From contig JBBIIG010000021.1 of the NCBI GenBank assembly GCA_037446635.1, forward strand, positions 26,508 through 65,161: a stretch of DNA of 38,654 nucleotides. Direction: 5' to 3'. The notes beneath the pieces were generated by a model, which saw nothing but the letters and a program-made list of their open reading frames with translations, did no database searches and was not told where the DNA came from. A program made the translations under genes and the position numbers. Of this stretch, positions 1-8,742 are shown piece by piece (the stretch's first letter is position 1; each line of letters opens with the position of its first letter). This stretch comes from a bacterium. GTDB taxonomy: Bacteria > Zhuqueibacterota > Zhuqueibacteria > Oceanimicrobiales > Oceanimicrobiaceae.

Positions 1-104
1 TTTCGGAGGGACCATCCATGTCGCGTTCGCCGCGCTTCGCGCTCGTCGCGGTGGGGATAAACTTTGAGATAATCTTCGCCGAACCAGTCTTTATACCACG
101 CCAT
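1..104 (-). CDS. 5' end of a probable class I SAM-dependent methyltransferase (runs off the window edge; may be a fragment)
   Basis: Not in the ORF track. Manual translation from ATG at 104 gives MAWYKDWFGEDYLKVYPHRDEREA..., resembling the W-x3-WF...Y-x-HRD-x2-EA N-terminus of a common methyltransferase family. Only 34 codons are visible. Confidence 0.55.
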   Translation of the reverse strand, partial: MAWYKDWFGEDYLKVYPHRDEREARRTRHGWSLR

Positions 105-231
105 ACATTTTAAAATAAACACTTTAAGCTTTAAATTCAAACTGATTTTTTTAACTTTCTGGCGGTGCAGCTTGACTCTATCCAAAATTTTGATTACCCT
201 TTCGGTAATTTTACTATCATTGGAGGGAGCT

Positions 232-681
232 GTGAAACTTGAAGGCAGCGTTACTTTGCCGGCGGAAGCAGAAAAAGTCTGGGCGCTACTTTTAGATCCA
301 ACCTTTCTCGCGGAAATCCTGCCCGGCTGCAAGGAATTGAAACAGAACGGCGAAGATCAATTCACTGGAATTTTAGAAGCCAAAGTCGGGCCGATTGGCA
401 GCAGCTACACCACAAAATTTGTCATCCTCGAAAAAAGACCGCCGCAAAGCTACCGCCTGCAATTGGAGGGCAGTGGCAAGGGCGGGTTCGTGCGCGCCGA
501 GACGTTCATCACTCTGCAAGCCAATGGCGCGCAAACGGTGATGATTTACTCCGGAGAAGCGAACATCGGCGGCACCATCGCCAAAATCGGGCAGCGGCTG
601 GTGGAGTCCGCGGCCAAGATGATCATCGACAAGGGGTTCAAAACGTTGCGAGAGAAAGTGGCGGAACGGGTGAAATCCTAG
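232..681 (+). CDS. CoxG-like SRPBCC-domain protein
   Basis: VWALLLDP...ILPGC...AKVGPI...YSGEANIGGTIAKIGQRLV motifs. GGAGG at 222-226 supports the GTG start at 232 rather than the ORF-track start at 172. Confidence 0.85.
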   Translation: MKLEGSVTLPAEAEKVWALLLDPTFLAEILPGCKELKQNGEDQFTGILEAKVGPIGSSYTTKFVILEKRPPQSYRLQLEGSGKGGFVRAETFITLQANGAQTVMIYSGEANIGGTIAKIGQRLVESAAKMIIDKGFKTLREKVAERVKS

Positions 682-708
682 TACGACGAAGCGGATGATT
701 GGAGTGTT

Positions 709-775
709 GGATTGATGGATTAATGGATTAATGGATTAATGGATCAATGAAATAGCTGCGTAGATCCGTTAATCC
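709..775. repeat. 8-bp tandem repeat (GGATTAAT, ~5 units) plus an inverted partial copy between convergent genes
   Basis: GGATTGAT GGATTAAT GGATTAAT GGATTAAT GGATCAAT at 709-748. GATCCGTTAATCC at 763-775 can pair back with it. Confidence 0.75.
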
Positions 776-780
776 GAACC

Positions 781-1950
781 TCAAGTCGATTGCGCTTCCT
801 GCACCGGCTCTTCCGATGGAAACTCTTCTTTGATATGAGCGAAGCTGGCGTTCTGCGCCAGATCGAGCGTGGTTTTGAATTCGATGCTATAGATGTCGAG
901 GATGGTGAGAAAAAAGACCGCGATCACCGGCCCCACGATGAAGCCCATCACGCCGAACATACTGAGGCCGCCGAGGGTCGAGAAAAAGATCATGAGGTCG
1001 TGCATACCGGCGTCTTTGCCAACCAAACGCGGCCGCAACAAATTATCGATATTAGAAATAACAAACGCGGTTATCAAAATAACGGCCACGCCCTGCCAGA
1101 ACTCGCCGGTCATCATCAAATAAAAGGCGGCGGGATAGAGCACCAGCCAGCAGCCCACCAACGGGATGACCGAGAGAATCACCATCACCACCCCCCACAG
1201 CACCGGCGAGCCGATGCCAAAAATCCACAAGGTGATCCCGCCCAGCGTGCCCTGGATAATTCCGATCAGCATGGTGCCTTTGATGGTGGCGCGAGAAACC
1301 GAAATGAAGCGGTAGATGAGCGCTTCCTCGTAGGTGTCGTCCATGGGACTAAGGTATTTGATGCGCCGTACCAAGCGCTCACCGTCGCGGAAGAAGTAGA
1401 ACATCGTAAAGAGCATGATGAACACATTGGTCACAATATGAATCGTGCTGCGGGAAGTACGCGCGATAAAATTGCCGATTTGCCGGGCTATCTCCTGCAT
1501 AGATGCTTCCCAATCTATGGTGTCAACACTAAGGTATTGCAGCAATGCAGAATTTTTAATTTTGCCAACGATGCCGTGGTCGCCTTTGATTATTTCAACA
1601 ATTTGGGGAAAGGCGGTCTTGTATAAATTAATGGCCTCCTGCGTGACCAAATCGGCGATGGTAAACAGCGGCCCCAATAATCCAATCAGCAAAATCAGAC
1701 AGCAGGCAAATGCGCTCAGGTTTCTTCGTCTGCCGGTTTTCTTCAACAGCCATTCGTACAGCGGATAAAACAGCGTGGTAAAAACCGTTGCCATTAAAAC
1801 CGGTACCAAAAAAATCTTAACCAAATTGAAGAACAAAATGAGGCTCAGAATCAGCACCACAATCAAAAAATAGCGGCTGATTTTCTGAACCCGCGCCTTG
1901 CCCTCGTCGTGATTGTGGTCGCCGGATTGAATCGACTGATCCGAAAGCAT
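781..1950 (-). CDS. AI-2E family (PerM/TqsA) membrane transporter
   Basis: Multi-pass hydrophobic protein with FYFFRDG, IDNLLRPRLVG and GGLSMFGVMGFIVGP motifs. Confidence 0.9.
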   Translation of the reverse strand: MLSDQSIQSGDHNHDEGKARVQKISRYFLIVVLILSLILFFNLVKIFLVPVLMATVFTTLFYPLYEWLLKKTGRRRNLSAFACCLILLIGLLGPLFTIADLVTQEAINLYKTAFPQIVEIIKGDHGIVGKIKNSALLQYLSVDTIDWEASMQEIARQIGNFIARTSRSTIHIVTNVFIMLFTMFYFFRDGERLVRRIKYLSPMDDTYEEALIYRFISVSRATIKGTMLIGIIQGTLGGITLWIFGIGSPVLWGVVMVILSVIPLVGCWLVLYPAAFYLMMTGEFWQGVAVILITAFVISNIDNLLRPRLVGKDAGMHDLMIFFSTLGGLSMFGVMGFIVGPVIAVFFLTILDIYSIEFKTTLDLAQNASFAHIKEEFPSEEPVQEAQST

Positions 1951-1976
1951 TTTTTCTCCAAAGCCTTAATGAAGCA

Positions 1977-2045
1977 TGAGGTGAGGATATAAGGTATAAG
2001 GTGAATTTATTTCCCTATACCTTATCTCCTTAACCCTATTCTCTC
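1977..2045. repeat. Imperfect inverted repeat built from ATAAGGT-like heptamers
   Basis: GATATAAGGTATAAGG ... CCTATACCTTATCTCC in the spacer between the aldolase and AI-2E genes. Confidence 0.55.
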
Positions 2046-2046
2046 G

Positions 2047-2970
2047 CTACGCCTGCGCTTTCAAAAAGATGTCCACGAAGCCTTTGTAATTGTTGGCCAC
2101 CATGTTGACCGCGTCTTCGCGGCTGTGCTTTTTTTCTTTATAGCCGGCGAGCGCATCCCAGAACACGGTGCGGCCCACTGCAAATCCAATCACGCCCTTC
2201 ACGCGCGCGCCTTCTTTCAGCCAGTGGCGCACTTTCTCGTCGTTTTCGCCGCGGCCCAGCACAATGATGCCGACGTTGTCGCGGCCGTTGCTGCGCACCT
2301 GCGCCACGATTTTTTCATAATCTTTGGCGTTTTCGAGACCTTCTAATTTCCAGACATCCGGTTCCACCCCCAATGACTGCAACTCGGCGATGGCCTTCGC
2401 CATCAAACCGGGGCGGACTTCGGTGTCGTAGCGTTTTTTGTCGCCGCCAACTTTCGCCAACTGGGTTTCGGTGGCGGGCACCAGCAGCTCAAACATAAAA
2501 AGGCGATTGTTTTTGTGACAGTAGTCGCTCAGCTTCGCCAGCCGCGCGGCCTGACGCTTGTTCATTTCAGCATCGTCTTCGACATTGTATCGCACCAGCA
2601 CCTTCACAAACGTCGGGTTGAATTTTTCGATATGCGCGCCAAATTGATCACCGTACTCAAAATCGAATTCATCCTGTCCGCTCTTCTCGGCCGGCATCGC
2701 CACTTTGATGCCGCGTTTCAGTGCGTCCCGCGCGCAGTCGGCGCCAAATTGTTCATCCACTAAAATGGCGCCGCGGTCTTTGGGCGCGCCCATTTCCAAC
2801 GCTTTCAAGAAACCCTCATAAACGATCTGTTTGTACGATGCGATCATCTTCGTCTCGTCATCGTTCGGTTGCCGCCCTTTGATCCCGAACATTTTCGACT
2901 GGAACGAGCCGCGGTGATCGAAGGGCATCACGTACAGGGGCTGGTTATACCCCACTTTTGCAGGTGTCAT
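2047..2970 (-). CDS. DUF2090-family class I (LacD/IolC C-terminal-like) aldolase
   Basis: PFDHR, KVLVRY, ELLVP, DVWKLEG (Schiff-base Lys), LGRG and GFAVGRTVF motifs. Strong AGGAGG RBS. Confidence 0.8.
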   Translation of the reverse strand: MTPAKVGYNQPLYVMPFDHRGSFQSKMFGIKGRQPNDDETKMIASYKQIVYEGFLKALEMGAPKDRGAILVDEQFGADCARDALKRGIKVAMPAEKSGQDEFDFEYGDQFGAHIEKFNPTFVKVLVRYNVEDDAEMNKRQAARLAKLSDYCHKNNRLFMFELLVPATETQLAKVGGDKKRYDTEVRPGLMAKAIAELQSLGVEPDVWKLEGLENAKDYEKIVAQVRSNGRDNVGIIVLGRGENDEKVRHWLKEGARVKGVIGFAVGRTVFWDALAGYKEKKHSREDAVNMVANNYKGFVDIFLKAQA

Positions 2971-3010
2971 GTTTTACCTCCTAAAAAAATTGAATAGTGA
3001 TTATTGAAAT

Positions 3011-3037
3011 AATTAGTGTAATTCGTGAAATTCGTGG
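3011..3037. repeat. 9-bp tandem repeat (AATT[AC]GTG[N], 3 units)
   Basis: AATTAGTGT AATTCGTGA AATTCGTGG, immediately after the glgA stop. Confidence 0.5.
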
Positions 3038-3038
3038 T

Positions 3039-4499
3039 TTATAACTTTGCATGCCGCTTTTGAGCTTTTTCATACAATTCGAGATAGCGCTTCGCGGAGG
3101 CGTTCCACGAAAAGTCCTCGTTCATGCCGCGCTTCATGATCGCGCGCCAGGTTTTTTGGTTTTGAAAAATATCGAGCGCGCGTCGGACCGTGAGATACAA
3201 AGCTTGCGGAGAAAAATCGTTGAACGAGAAGCCGTTGCCTTTTTCATAATATTCGTGGTAATCCTTCACCGTATCCGCCAGCCCGCCGGTTTTGCGGACG
3301 ATCGGCACCGTGCCGTAATTGAGGCTGAACATCTGATTCAAACCGCACGGCTCGTAGCGCGACGGCATGAGAAACATATCCGCGCCGGCGGTGATGAGAT
3401 GCGCCAATTCGTTGTTGTAACCGATATAAGTCGAAAACTGATCGCGATACGTCGTCGCGGCGGCACGCAAAAAATCCTCGTGCGCCGGCTCGCCGCTGCC
3501 GAGCACCACAAATTGCAGCGGCAGCTTCATCAACTCGTCGAGGACCGGCGGCAGCAGCTCGAAGCCCTTTTGCGGCGTGAGCCGGGAGATCATACCGATG
3601 ACTGCGGTCTTTTCATCGAACGGCAGCTTCATCATCTCCAGCAGCGCTTTTTTATTTTTGATCTTCTCGTCGAGGTTTTTGGCCGAGTACGGAAACGGAA
3701 TGTGGCGATCGCTTTGGGGATTCCATTCGTTGGTGTCGATGCCGTTGAGAATGCCGAAAATATCGTTTTTGCGCGACGCTAGCACCCCGTCCAGTCCGGC
3801 GCCGTATTCGTGAGTTTGAATTTCGTGGGCGTAGGTTTCGCTCACGGTCGAAATAATTTCGGAGAAGAGAATGCCGGCTTTCAAAAAACAGAACGAATTG
3901 TCGAATTCCAGCGGGCCGCCGGGATAGTAGTCGTTGAACGACAGCCCGGCGCGATACACGGCGTCGCGGGAAAACCGCCCCTGGTAGCCAATGTTGTGAA
4001 TGGAAAGCAAGCTGGCAGTGTTCGCAAACAAGGCATCCCATTTGTAATTGATTTTGAGATACACCGGCAAGAGCGCGGTCTGCCAGTCGTTGCAGTGCAC
4101 CACGTCTGGCGCCCAGTGGTAGCGCTGCAAAATTTGCAGAACGGCGTGTTGCAGCAGCACAAAGCGCTCGTCCTCGTCCCAGTCGCTGGTGTAGGGCCGG
4201 CCGCGGTGATAATATTGCGGGCAGTCGATGAGATACACTTCGACCTCAGAATTGGGGAGATGGCCGTACCAGGTGTTGAAGGTCACCAGCTTGTCGCCGA
4301 TGTGCACCGGGATATCGGCCAGCTCTTTGGCGTAAATTAAATCGTGGTCAACGACGTCGATGGAATCGTACAACGGCAGAAACACTTTCACTTGACAGCC
4401 CAGCTCTTGCAAAGCTTTTGGCAGCGCGCCGGCGACGTCAGCCAGACCGCCGGTTTTAACATAGGGGACGCATTCACTTACTGCAAAACAGACTCTCAT
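3039..4499 (-). CDS. glgA: Glycogen synthase (GT5)
   Basis: KTGGLADV, HCNDWQTAL, HNIGYQG, ISRLTPQKG and MPSRYEPCGLNQ motifs. Confidence 0.97.
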   Translation of the reverse strand: MRVCFAVSECVPYVKTGGLADVAGALPKALQELGCQVKVFLPLYDSIDVVDHDLIYAKELADIPVHIGDKLVTFNTWYGHLPNSEVEVYLIDCPQYYHRGRPYTSDWDEDERFVLLQHAVLQILQRYHWAPDVVHCNDWQTALLPVYLKINYKWDALFANTASLLSIHNIGYQGRFSRDAVYRAGLSFNDYYPGGPLEFDNSFCFLKAGILFSEIISTVSETYAHEIQTHEYGAGLDGVLASRKNDIFGILNGIDTNEWNPQSDRHIPFPYSAKNLDEKIKNKKALLEMMKLPFDEKTAVIGMISRLTPQKGFELLPPVLDELMKLPLQFVVLGSGEPAHEDFLRAAATTYRDQFSTYIGYNNELAHLITAGADMFLMPSRYEPCGLNQMFSLNYGTVPIVRKTGGLADTVKDYHEYYEKGNGFSFNDFSPQALYLTVRRALDIFQNQKTWRAIMKRGMNEDFSWNASAKRYLELYEKAQKRHAKL

Positions 4500-5323
4500 A
4501 TTTTAAAATAACTCTTGACCAAAATTAAACTTTCAAAACAGGCCCTTCCCAGCGGCGTTATTTCAAAGGATACAAGCTTGGCGTAGGTGGAATTACCAAG
4601 CGGTTCATCGCGGTAGTCGCCTTCAACGGCGCCAAAATCAAGCAAAACGTCGATGATCATGCGTTTGACCGCGGCGCGCAGCAAATCATGAGCGGAACTG
4701 GAATCGGGCTTCGACCAGGTTAAGCCGGTTTTCTCAATCAGTTTGTCGCTAAAATCTTCAACTGAAATAGGAGTTTTCACCGGCAAAGCCGTGAGTTGAT
4801 CGAGCGCCTCTTTTTTGAAACGCGGCGGCAGCGAATCTCCCATACCCTGGAAAGGGAACGCTTCCAGCCAATCAAATATATAGCACCAGATGGTGAAAAG
4901 GAACAATAATTGGGATAGCGGAATGCGCGTGAGATACAACTCAGCAACCGGAGTAAGCAGCCAGCGCCGCGACTGATTGATCGCCAGCAACTCGGCGCTA
5001 TCGGCCAAAGTGTGAAGAAACCAAAGCGGCCAAAGTTCAATCTCACTGCGAATTTTATAAACATGATTTCCGATCTTTGTTTCAAGCGCGGGCGGGTTGA
5101 CAAAGCGCCTCGTAATTTCTCGGACGTCTTTTAACGGAAAATTTCCGGTGCTCTGTGTGCCGATGACTTTGTTATCGCGAACATACGACAAAAGCGCGTT
5201 CATATCCTGGCGCAAAGCAACCGTCTCAGCGCGTTGGATGATTTCATCGCGGTGATGTTCACCGCTTCCGTTGCCGTAGTTGAGTCCGAGAAATAGTTTT
5301 TCGTGCAGCACCAGTCCTCGCAA
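4496..5323 (-). CDS. Hypothetical protein (start uncertain)
   Basis: 275-aa ORF filling the gap between the esterase and glgA. Its stop overlaps the glgA start (ATGA), implying translational coupling. No motif confidently recognised. Confidence 0.7.
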   Translation of the reverse strand: MRGLVLHEKLFLGLNYGNGSGEHHRDEIIQRAETVALRQDMNALLSYVRDNKVIGTQSTGNFPLKDVREITRRFVNPPALETKIGNHVYKIRSEIELWPLWFLHTLADSAELLAINQSRRWLLTPVAELYLTRIPLSQLLFLFTIWCYIFDWLEAFPFQGMGDSLPPRFKKEALDQLTALPVKTPISVEDFSDKLIEKTGLTWSKPDSSSAHDLLRAAVKRMIIDVLLDFGAVEGDYRDEPLGNSTYAKLVSFEITPLGRACFESLILVKSYFKI

Positions 5324-5343
5324 AATCTAAGTAGTTCTCAAGC

Positions 5344-6075
5344 CTAAAACCTCGTTTCCAGATAATGCGGCAGCATCCGGCGCCAGGTGGGCCAGTCGTG
5401 CGGCATCTCGTGGCCCCATAAATCCAGCTCGTGGGGGACGCCTTTGCTGTGCAAAATTTCCGAAAGCTGCACCGAGGCGTGCGGTGACTCGTAGGCGCCC
5501 TGCCCGGTGACGATGTGAATATGCTTGTTCGCTCGCATTTCGGATAGAACCCCCTCATCGGTCAAATTGGGCAAATAATCCACCGGCGAATTGAAATAGC
5601 AGTTGTCGTCATAGTAGCCGTTAGTGTAACTTTTCAAGTCGTAGCAGCCGCTCATGGCAATCACGCCGGCAAACAAATCTGGGCGGCGAAAAAAATTGTT
5701 GGCGGCGTGCAGCGCGCCTAATGAGGCGCCAGTGTTAATGATCGCCGCCGGCCCTTTGCAATCGTGGCGAATGAACGGCACGACTTCCTCGACGACGTAA
5801 TAATTGTACTGTTGATGACGGATGGCTTTGTCGCGGGGATTCATCCAGTCGTTGAGCCAGCTTTCATTGTTGATGCTGTTAATGGAAAACACTTTGCACT
5901 TTCCTGCTTCGATAAACGGCGCGATGGCGTCAATCATTTGGAAGCGCTCGTATTCTAAAAAATCCGCAGCGGCGGTGGGGAACATCAGCAGCGCAAAACC
6001 ATAGTGGCCATAGACCGCCATTTCCATGTGCTTTCCCAGATTGGGACTCCACCACTTGCAAATTTCTCGGCGCAT
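5344..6075 (-). CDS. Putative esterase (alpha/beta hydrolase)
   Basis: GASLG nucleophile elbow, YGHYG, and C-terminal HDWPTW. GGAGAGGA RBS supports the ATG at 6075. Confidence 0.88.
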   Translation of the reverse strand: MRREICKWWSPNLGKHMEMAVYGHYGFALLMFPTAAADFLEYERFQMIDAIAPFIEAGKCKVFSINSINNESWLNDWMNPRDKAIRHQQYNYYVVEEVVPFIRHDCKGPAAIINTGASLGALHAANNFFRRPDLFAGVIAMSGCYDLKSYTNGYYDDNCYFNSPVDYLPNLTDEGVLSEMRANKHIHIVTGQGAYESPHASVQLSEILHSKGVPHELDLWGHEMPHDWPTWRRMLPHYLETRF

Positions 6076-6172
6076 TTTTGGGTTCCTCTCCCCATAAAGG
6101 CTGGCAAAATATACGCTTTCTAAAAGGATAATCAAAGAAAATTTTGGGTCGGGAGTGCTTATTATATGTCCA

Positions 6173-6200
6173 GGTAGTGATGCCTTAAGGCATCCCTACC
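6173..6200. repeat. GTAG-type REP-like palindrome / hairpin
   Basis: GGTAG-T-GATGCC-TTAA-GGCATC-C-CTACC, just downstream of the sigma gene. Confidence 0.6.
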
Positions 6201-6206
6201 ATCAAT

Positions 6207-6809
6207 TTAGATTTTGGAATTGGAGGAGGGATAGCCCTTTTCGCGCGCATATTTGTTCAAACTCTTTTGCAGCAACTTTCGTCCGCGGTGCAGGCGCGAC
6301 ATCACGGTGCCAATGGGATGGTCGATAATCTCAGCGATTTCTTTGTAACTCAAGCCCTCGACGTCCGAAAGCAGAACGACGATTTTGTACTCCTCCGGCA
6401 GCCGGTCGAACGCGGCGTTGATTTCATCGTCAAACAAATCCTCATAGCCGTAGTTGTTGTCGCGGTCGTCGAGCTGCTCCCAAAAGTCCGCATCCTTATC
6501 TTCTAACTTAAAAGAAACCGCATCCAAGTCGGAGCGGAACGGCGCTTTTTTATCGCGGCGATAATTGTTGATGAAATTGTTGGTGAGAATGCGATAGACC
6601 CAGGCTTTAAAATTGGTGCCGGCGTCGAAGCGGTGAAAATAACGGAACGCCTTCATTGCGGTTTCTTGAACTAAGTCTTCGGCGTCCAGCGCGTTGCGGG
6701 TCATGCGCAGCGCCAAAGAATACAGTCCGTTCAGGTTTTCCTCAAATAGCCGCTCAAAATCGCTCCTCAAGTCTTTTGATTTCTTGGTCTTCAAATTCAT
6801 GTTCTCCAT
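6207..6809 (-). CDS. ECF sigma-70 factor (SigH/SigR-like)
   Basis: [22 protein letters not shown] (region 2) and [25 protein letters not shown] (region 4). Confidence 0.95.
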   Translation of the reverse strand: MENMNLKTKKSKDLRSDFERLFEENLNGLYSLALRMTRNALDAEDLVQETAMKAFRYFHRFDAGTNFKAWVYRILTNNFINNYRRDKKAPFRSDLDAVSFKLEDKDADFWEQLDDRDNNYGYEDLFDDEINAAFDRLPEEYKIVVLLSDVEGLSYKEIAEIIDHPIGTVMSRLHRGRKLLQKSLNKYAREKGYPSSNSKI

Positions 6810-7003
6810 CCCGAAATAAAATCAATAACCAATCAAGATTTGTAGTTAAGTTGACGAAAATAAGTATGTTCAACAATGCCGCGACTTGAAAAGACCGGAC
6901 CCGATGACAGCAATAAGAACGTCTTCGGCTGAGACTATGACCACGCCAACAGAAATATAACGAACCGCGCCGAAGAAAATCGCGGTCATTTTTGAACTGC
7001 CCG

Positions 7004-7045
7004 AACCGTCAATCCAACAAAATTGGATTGGCGGTTTTTTTATTT
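7004..7045 (+). terminator. Intrinsic terminator-like hairpin with + polarity
   Basis: AACCGTCAATCCAA-CAAAA-TTGGATTGGCGGTT followed by a T-run. The single imperfect pair is G-U on + but C-A on -. Confidence 0.7.
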
Positions 7046-7055
7046 ACGAAACCGG

Positions 7056-7361
7056 TTACAACCAACTGGTCAGCAGGACGAGCACAGTGATAAGACTGAG
7101 CGCCATCATCAAGCCGGCGGGCATAAACTTTTTGGTTGCACCAAATCGCCGGGAAAAAAAAACCAGTAGTAGAAAAGACGCGGCCAGCGAAACATAAAAA
7201 CCGCTGGCGCTTTTCTGCAGCATGAGCAGCGAGCCCACCATCGCGATGATCCCAAACAAACTGCCTGCAATCAGCGAGGGTTTGCTTTGAGCTTTGGCAT
7301 ACCCCATTATTCCGCCGGCAATAACCAGCACACCGTAAACCAAAACCACATAAGCTGCCAT
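7056..7361 (-). CDS. TMEM14-family small membrane protein
   Basis: YGVLVIAGGIMGYAKAQSKPSLIAG...KKFMPAGLM. AGGAGG RBS. Confidence 0.9.
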   Translation of the reverse strand: MAAYVVLVYGVLVIAGGIMGYAKAQSKPSLIAGSLFGIIAMVGSLLMLQKSASGFYVSLAASFLLLVFFSRRFGATKKFMPAGLMMALSLITVLVLLTSWL

Positions 7362-7465
7362 TTATTACTTCCTCCTTCCATTTTCTCAAATTTTTAACCG
7401 TAAGGAACGCAAAGTTGGCGCAAAGACCGCGATGAAAAATCTTCCGCTTGGCACCCAGCTTGCGG

Positions 7466-8281
7466 TTAAACTGGACTGGGCACGCGGTAATTTTCCAAAT
7501 CCGTAATGCCTCGGCTTTTCAAAAATTCCTCGGCGATCAGCGCGTGCCCGGTTAACTGCGCCGGCGGCGTTTTCACGATCTCCAAACTGGCGTCGGCCAA
7601 AAGCTGCGGCGAATACCAGTTGGAGTGCGCAGCAGCTTTGAACATCTCGGCGAACACCCGCGTCGCCTGTGTGTCGATGAGACCGTTGGGCCAGAGGCTG
7701 TTGACTGCAATGTTAAACGGCCGCAGCTCCTCGGCCAGCCCCAAGGTGAGATGAGTCATGCCGAATTTGCTCATCAAATAGCCGGTGCGGCCGGCCCAGC
7801 TTTCCGCGGCCAGCACGCCGATTTGCGCCGGCGGCGACATGTTGATGATCCAGCCTTCGGATTGTTTTTTCATGAACGGAATCGCTTCGTGACAAAGAAT
7901 GAACGGCGCGCGATAGTTGATCTGCATCATCAGATCAAAACGCTTTACCGGCAGTTGCTCCACCGGCAGCCAGAAAATCGCGCCGGCGTTGTTGACGACG
8001 ATATCGATGCAGCCAAACCGCTCGATGGTTTTCTCCACCAGGTTCTGAATTTGATCTTCGAAACGGACGTCGGTGGGCACAGCCAGCGCCTCGGAACCGC
8101 GGGCTTCGATTTCTTTCACTGTGTCATAAATCGATCCCGGCGTTTTCGCCGACGACTCCACCGTCTTCGCTCCCACCGCGATTTTGACGCCGTGTTCCGC
8201 CAGCTTCAACGCCACCGCTTTGCCAACGCCGCGGCTGGCGCCGGTGATGATAGCGACTTTGTTGTTGAGAATAGCTTTCAT
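7466..8281 (-). CDS. Short-chain dehydrogenase/reductase (HSDL2/AtuG-like)
   Basis: TGASRGVG, NNAG, INMSPP, YxxSK and VNSLWP motifs. Confidence 0.92.
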   Translation of the reverse strand: MKAILNNKVAIITGASRGVGKAVALKLAEHGVKIAVGAKTVESSAKTPGSIYDTVKEIEARGSEALAVPTDVRFEDQIQNLVEKTIERFGCIDIVVNNAGAIFWLPVEQLPVKRFDLMMQINYRAPFILCHEAIPFMKKQSEGWIINMSPPAQIGVLAAESWAGRTGYLMSKFGMTHLTLGLAEELRPFNIAVNSLWPNGLIDTQATRVFAEMFKAAAHSNWYSPQLLADASLEIVKTPPAQLTGHALIAEEFLKSRGITDLENYRVPSPV

Positions 8282-8303
8282 AAATCATTCTTTATAGAAA
8301 TAC

Positions 8304-8525
8304 TCACAACAGTTTAATTAATTCTTCAGGACTAAGCCCAGCTTGACGGATAATCGCTCGCAATGTACCTCGATCCAATTCTTTGTGATCGGGAACGACT
8401 ACTTGTGAAAACGGATTCATTCTCCGAAGTATGATGTGACTGCCTTCCTGCCGTTTTTTAAAAAATCCAACTTTAGCGAGAACCTTAACACATTCTCGAC
8501 CGGAAATTCTTGGCAGCTTACTCAT
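8304..8525 (-). CDS. hicA: HicA-family toxin
   Basis: 73 aa with RQEGSHIIL, VVPDHKEL and GTLRAIIRQAGL. Confidence 0.92.
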   Translation of the reverse strand: MSKLPRISGRECVKVLAKVGFFKKRQEGSHIILRRMNPFSQVVVPDHKELDRGTLRAIIRQAGLSPEELIKLL

Positions 8526-8728
8526 ACCGCTACCAAAATGGCATCAAAGCCCTCCACCGGAACCGGCAGGCCATCCTCTTCGAGGGCCGCAATATATCCG
8601 TTGATTGCTTCCTTAATGTTTTTGAGAGCATCCTCCCTTGTTTTTCCCTGGCTAACGCAACCTGGCAGACTCGGGCATTCAGCCACCCAATAGCCGTCTT
8701 CGCCGCGATAAATGATAACCTGTCGCAT
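8522..8728 (-). CDS. hicB: HicB-family antitoxin (short, no DNA-binding domain)
   Basis: 68 aa with ECPSLPGCVSQGKTREDALKNIKEAI. ATGA overlap with hicA. Confidence 0.92.
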   Translation of the reverse strand: MRQVIIYRGEDGYWVAECPSLPGCVSQGKTREDALKNIKEAINGYIAALEEDGLPVPVEGFDAILVAV

Positions 8729-8742
8729 GTTTTTACTCCTAC

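Noticed and set aside
232..681. CO dehydrogenase locus
   Set aside because: Only a CoxG-like SRPBCC gene is present, with no coxLMS. The family is widespread outside CO oxidation.
790..1626. Long antisense ORF opposite the AI-2E gene (likewise 3051-3782 and 7625-8317)
   Set aside because: Shadow frames of GC-rich real genes, with no motifs or RBS.
6870..6989. 39-aa hydrophobic minus-strand ORF upstream of the sigma gene
   Set aside because: No RBS and no recognisable homology. It cannot be distinguished from chance.
7009..7389. 126-aa ORF overlapping TMEM14
   Set aside because: The other frame has the family motif and a strong RBS.
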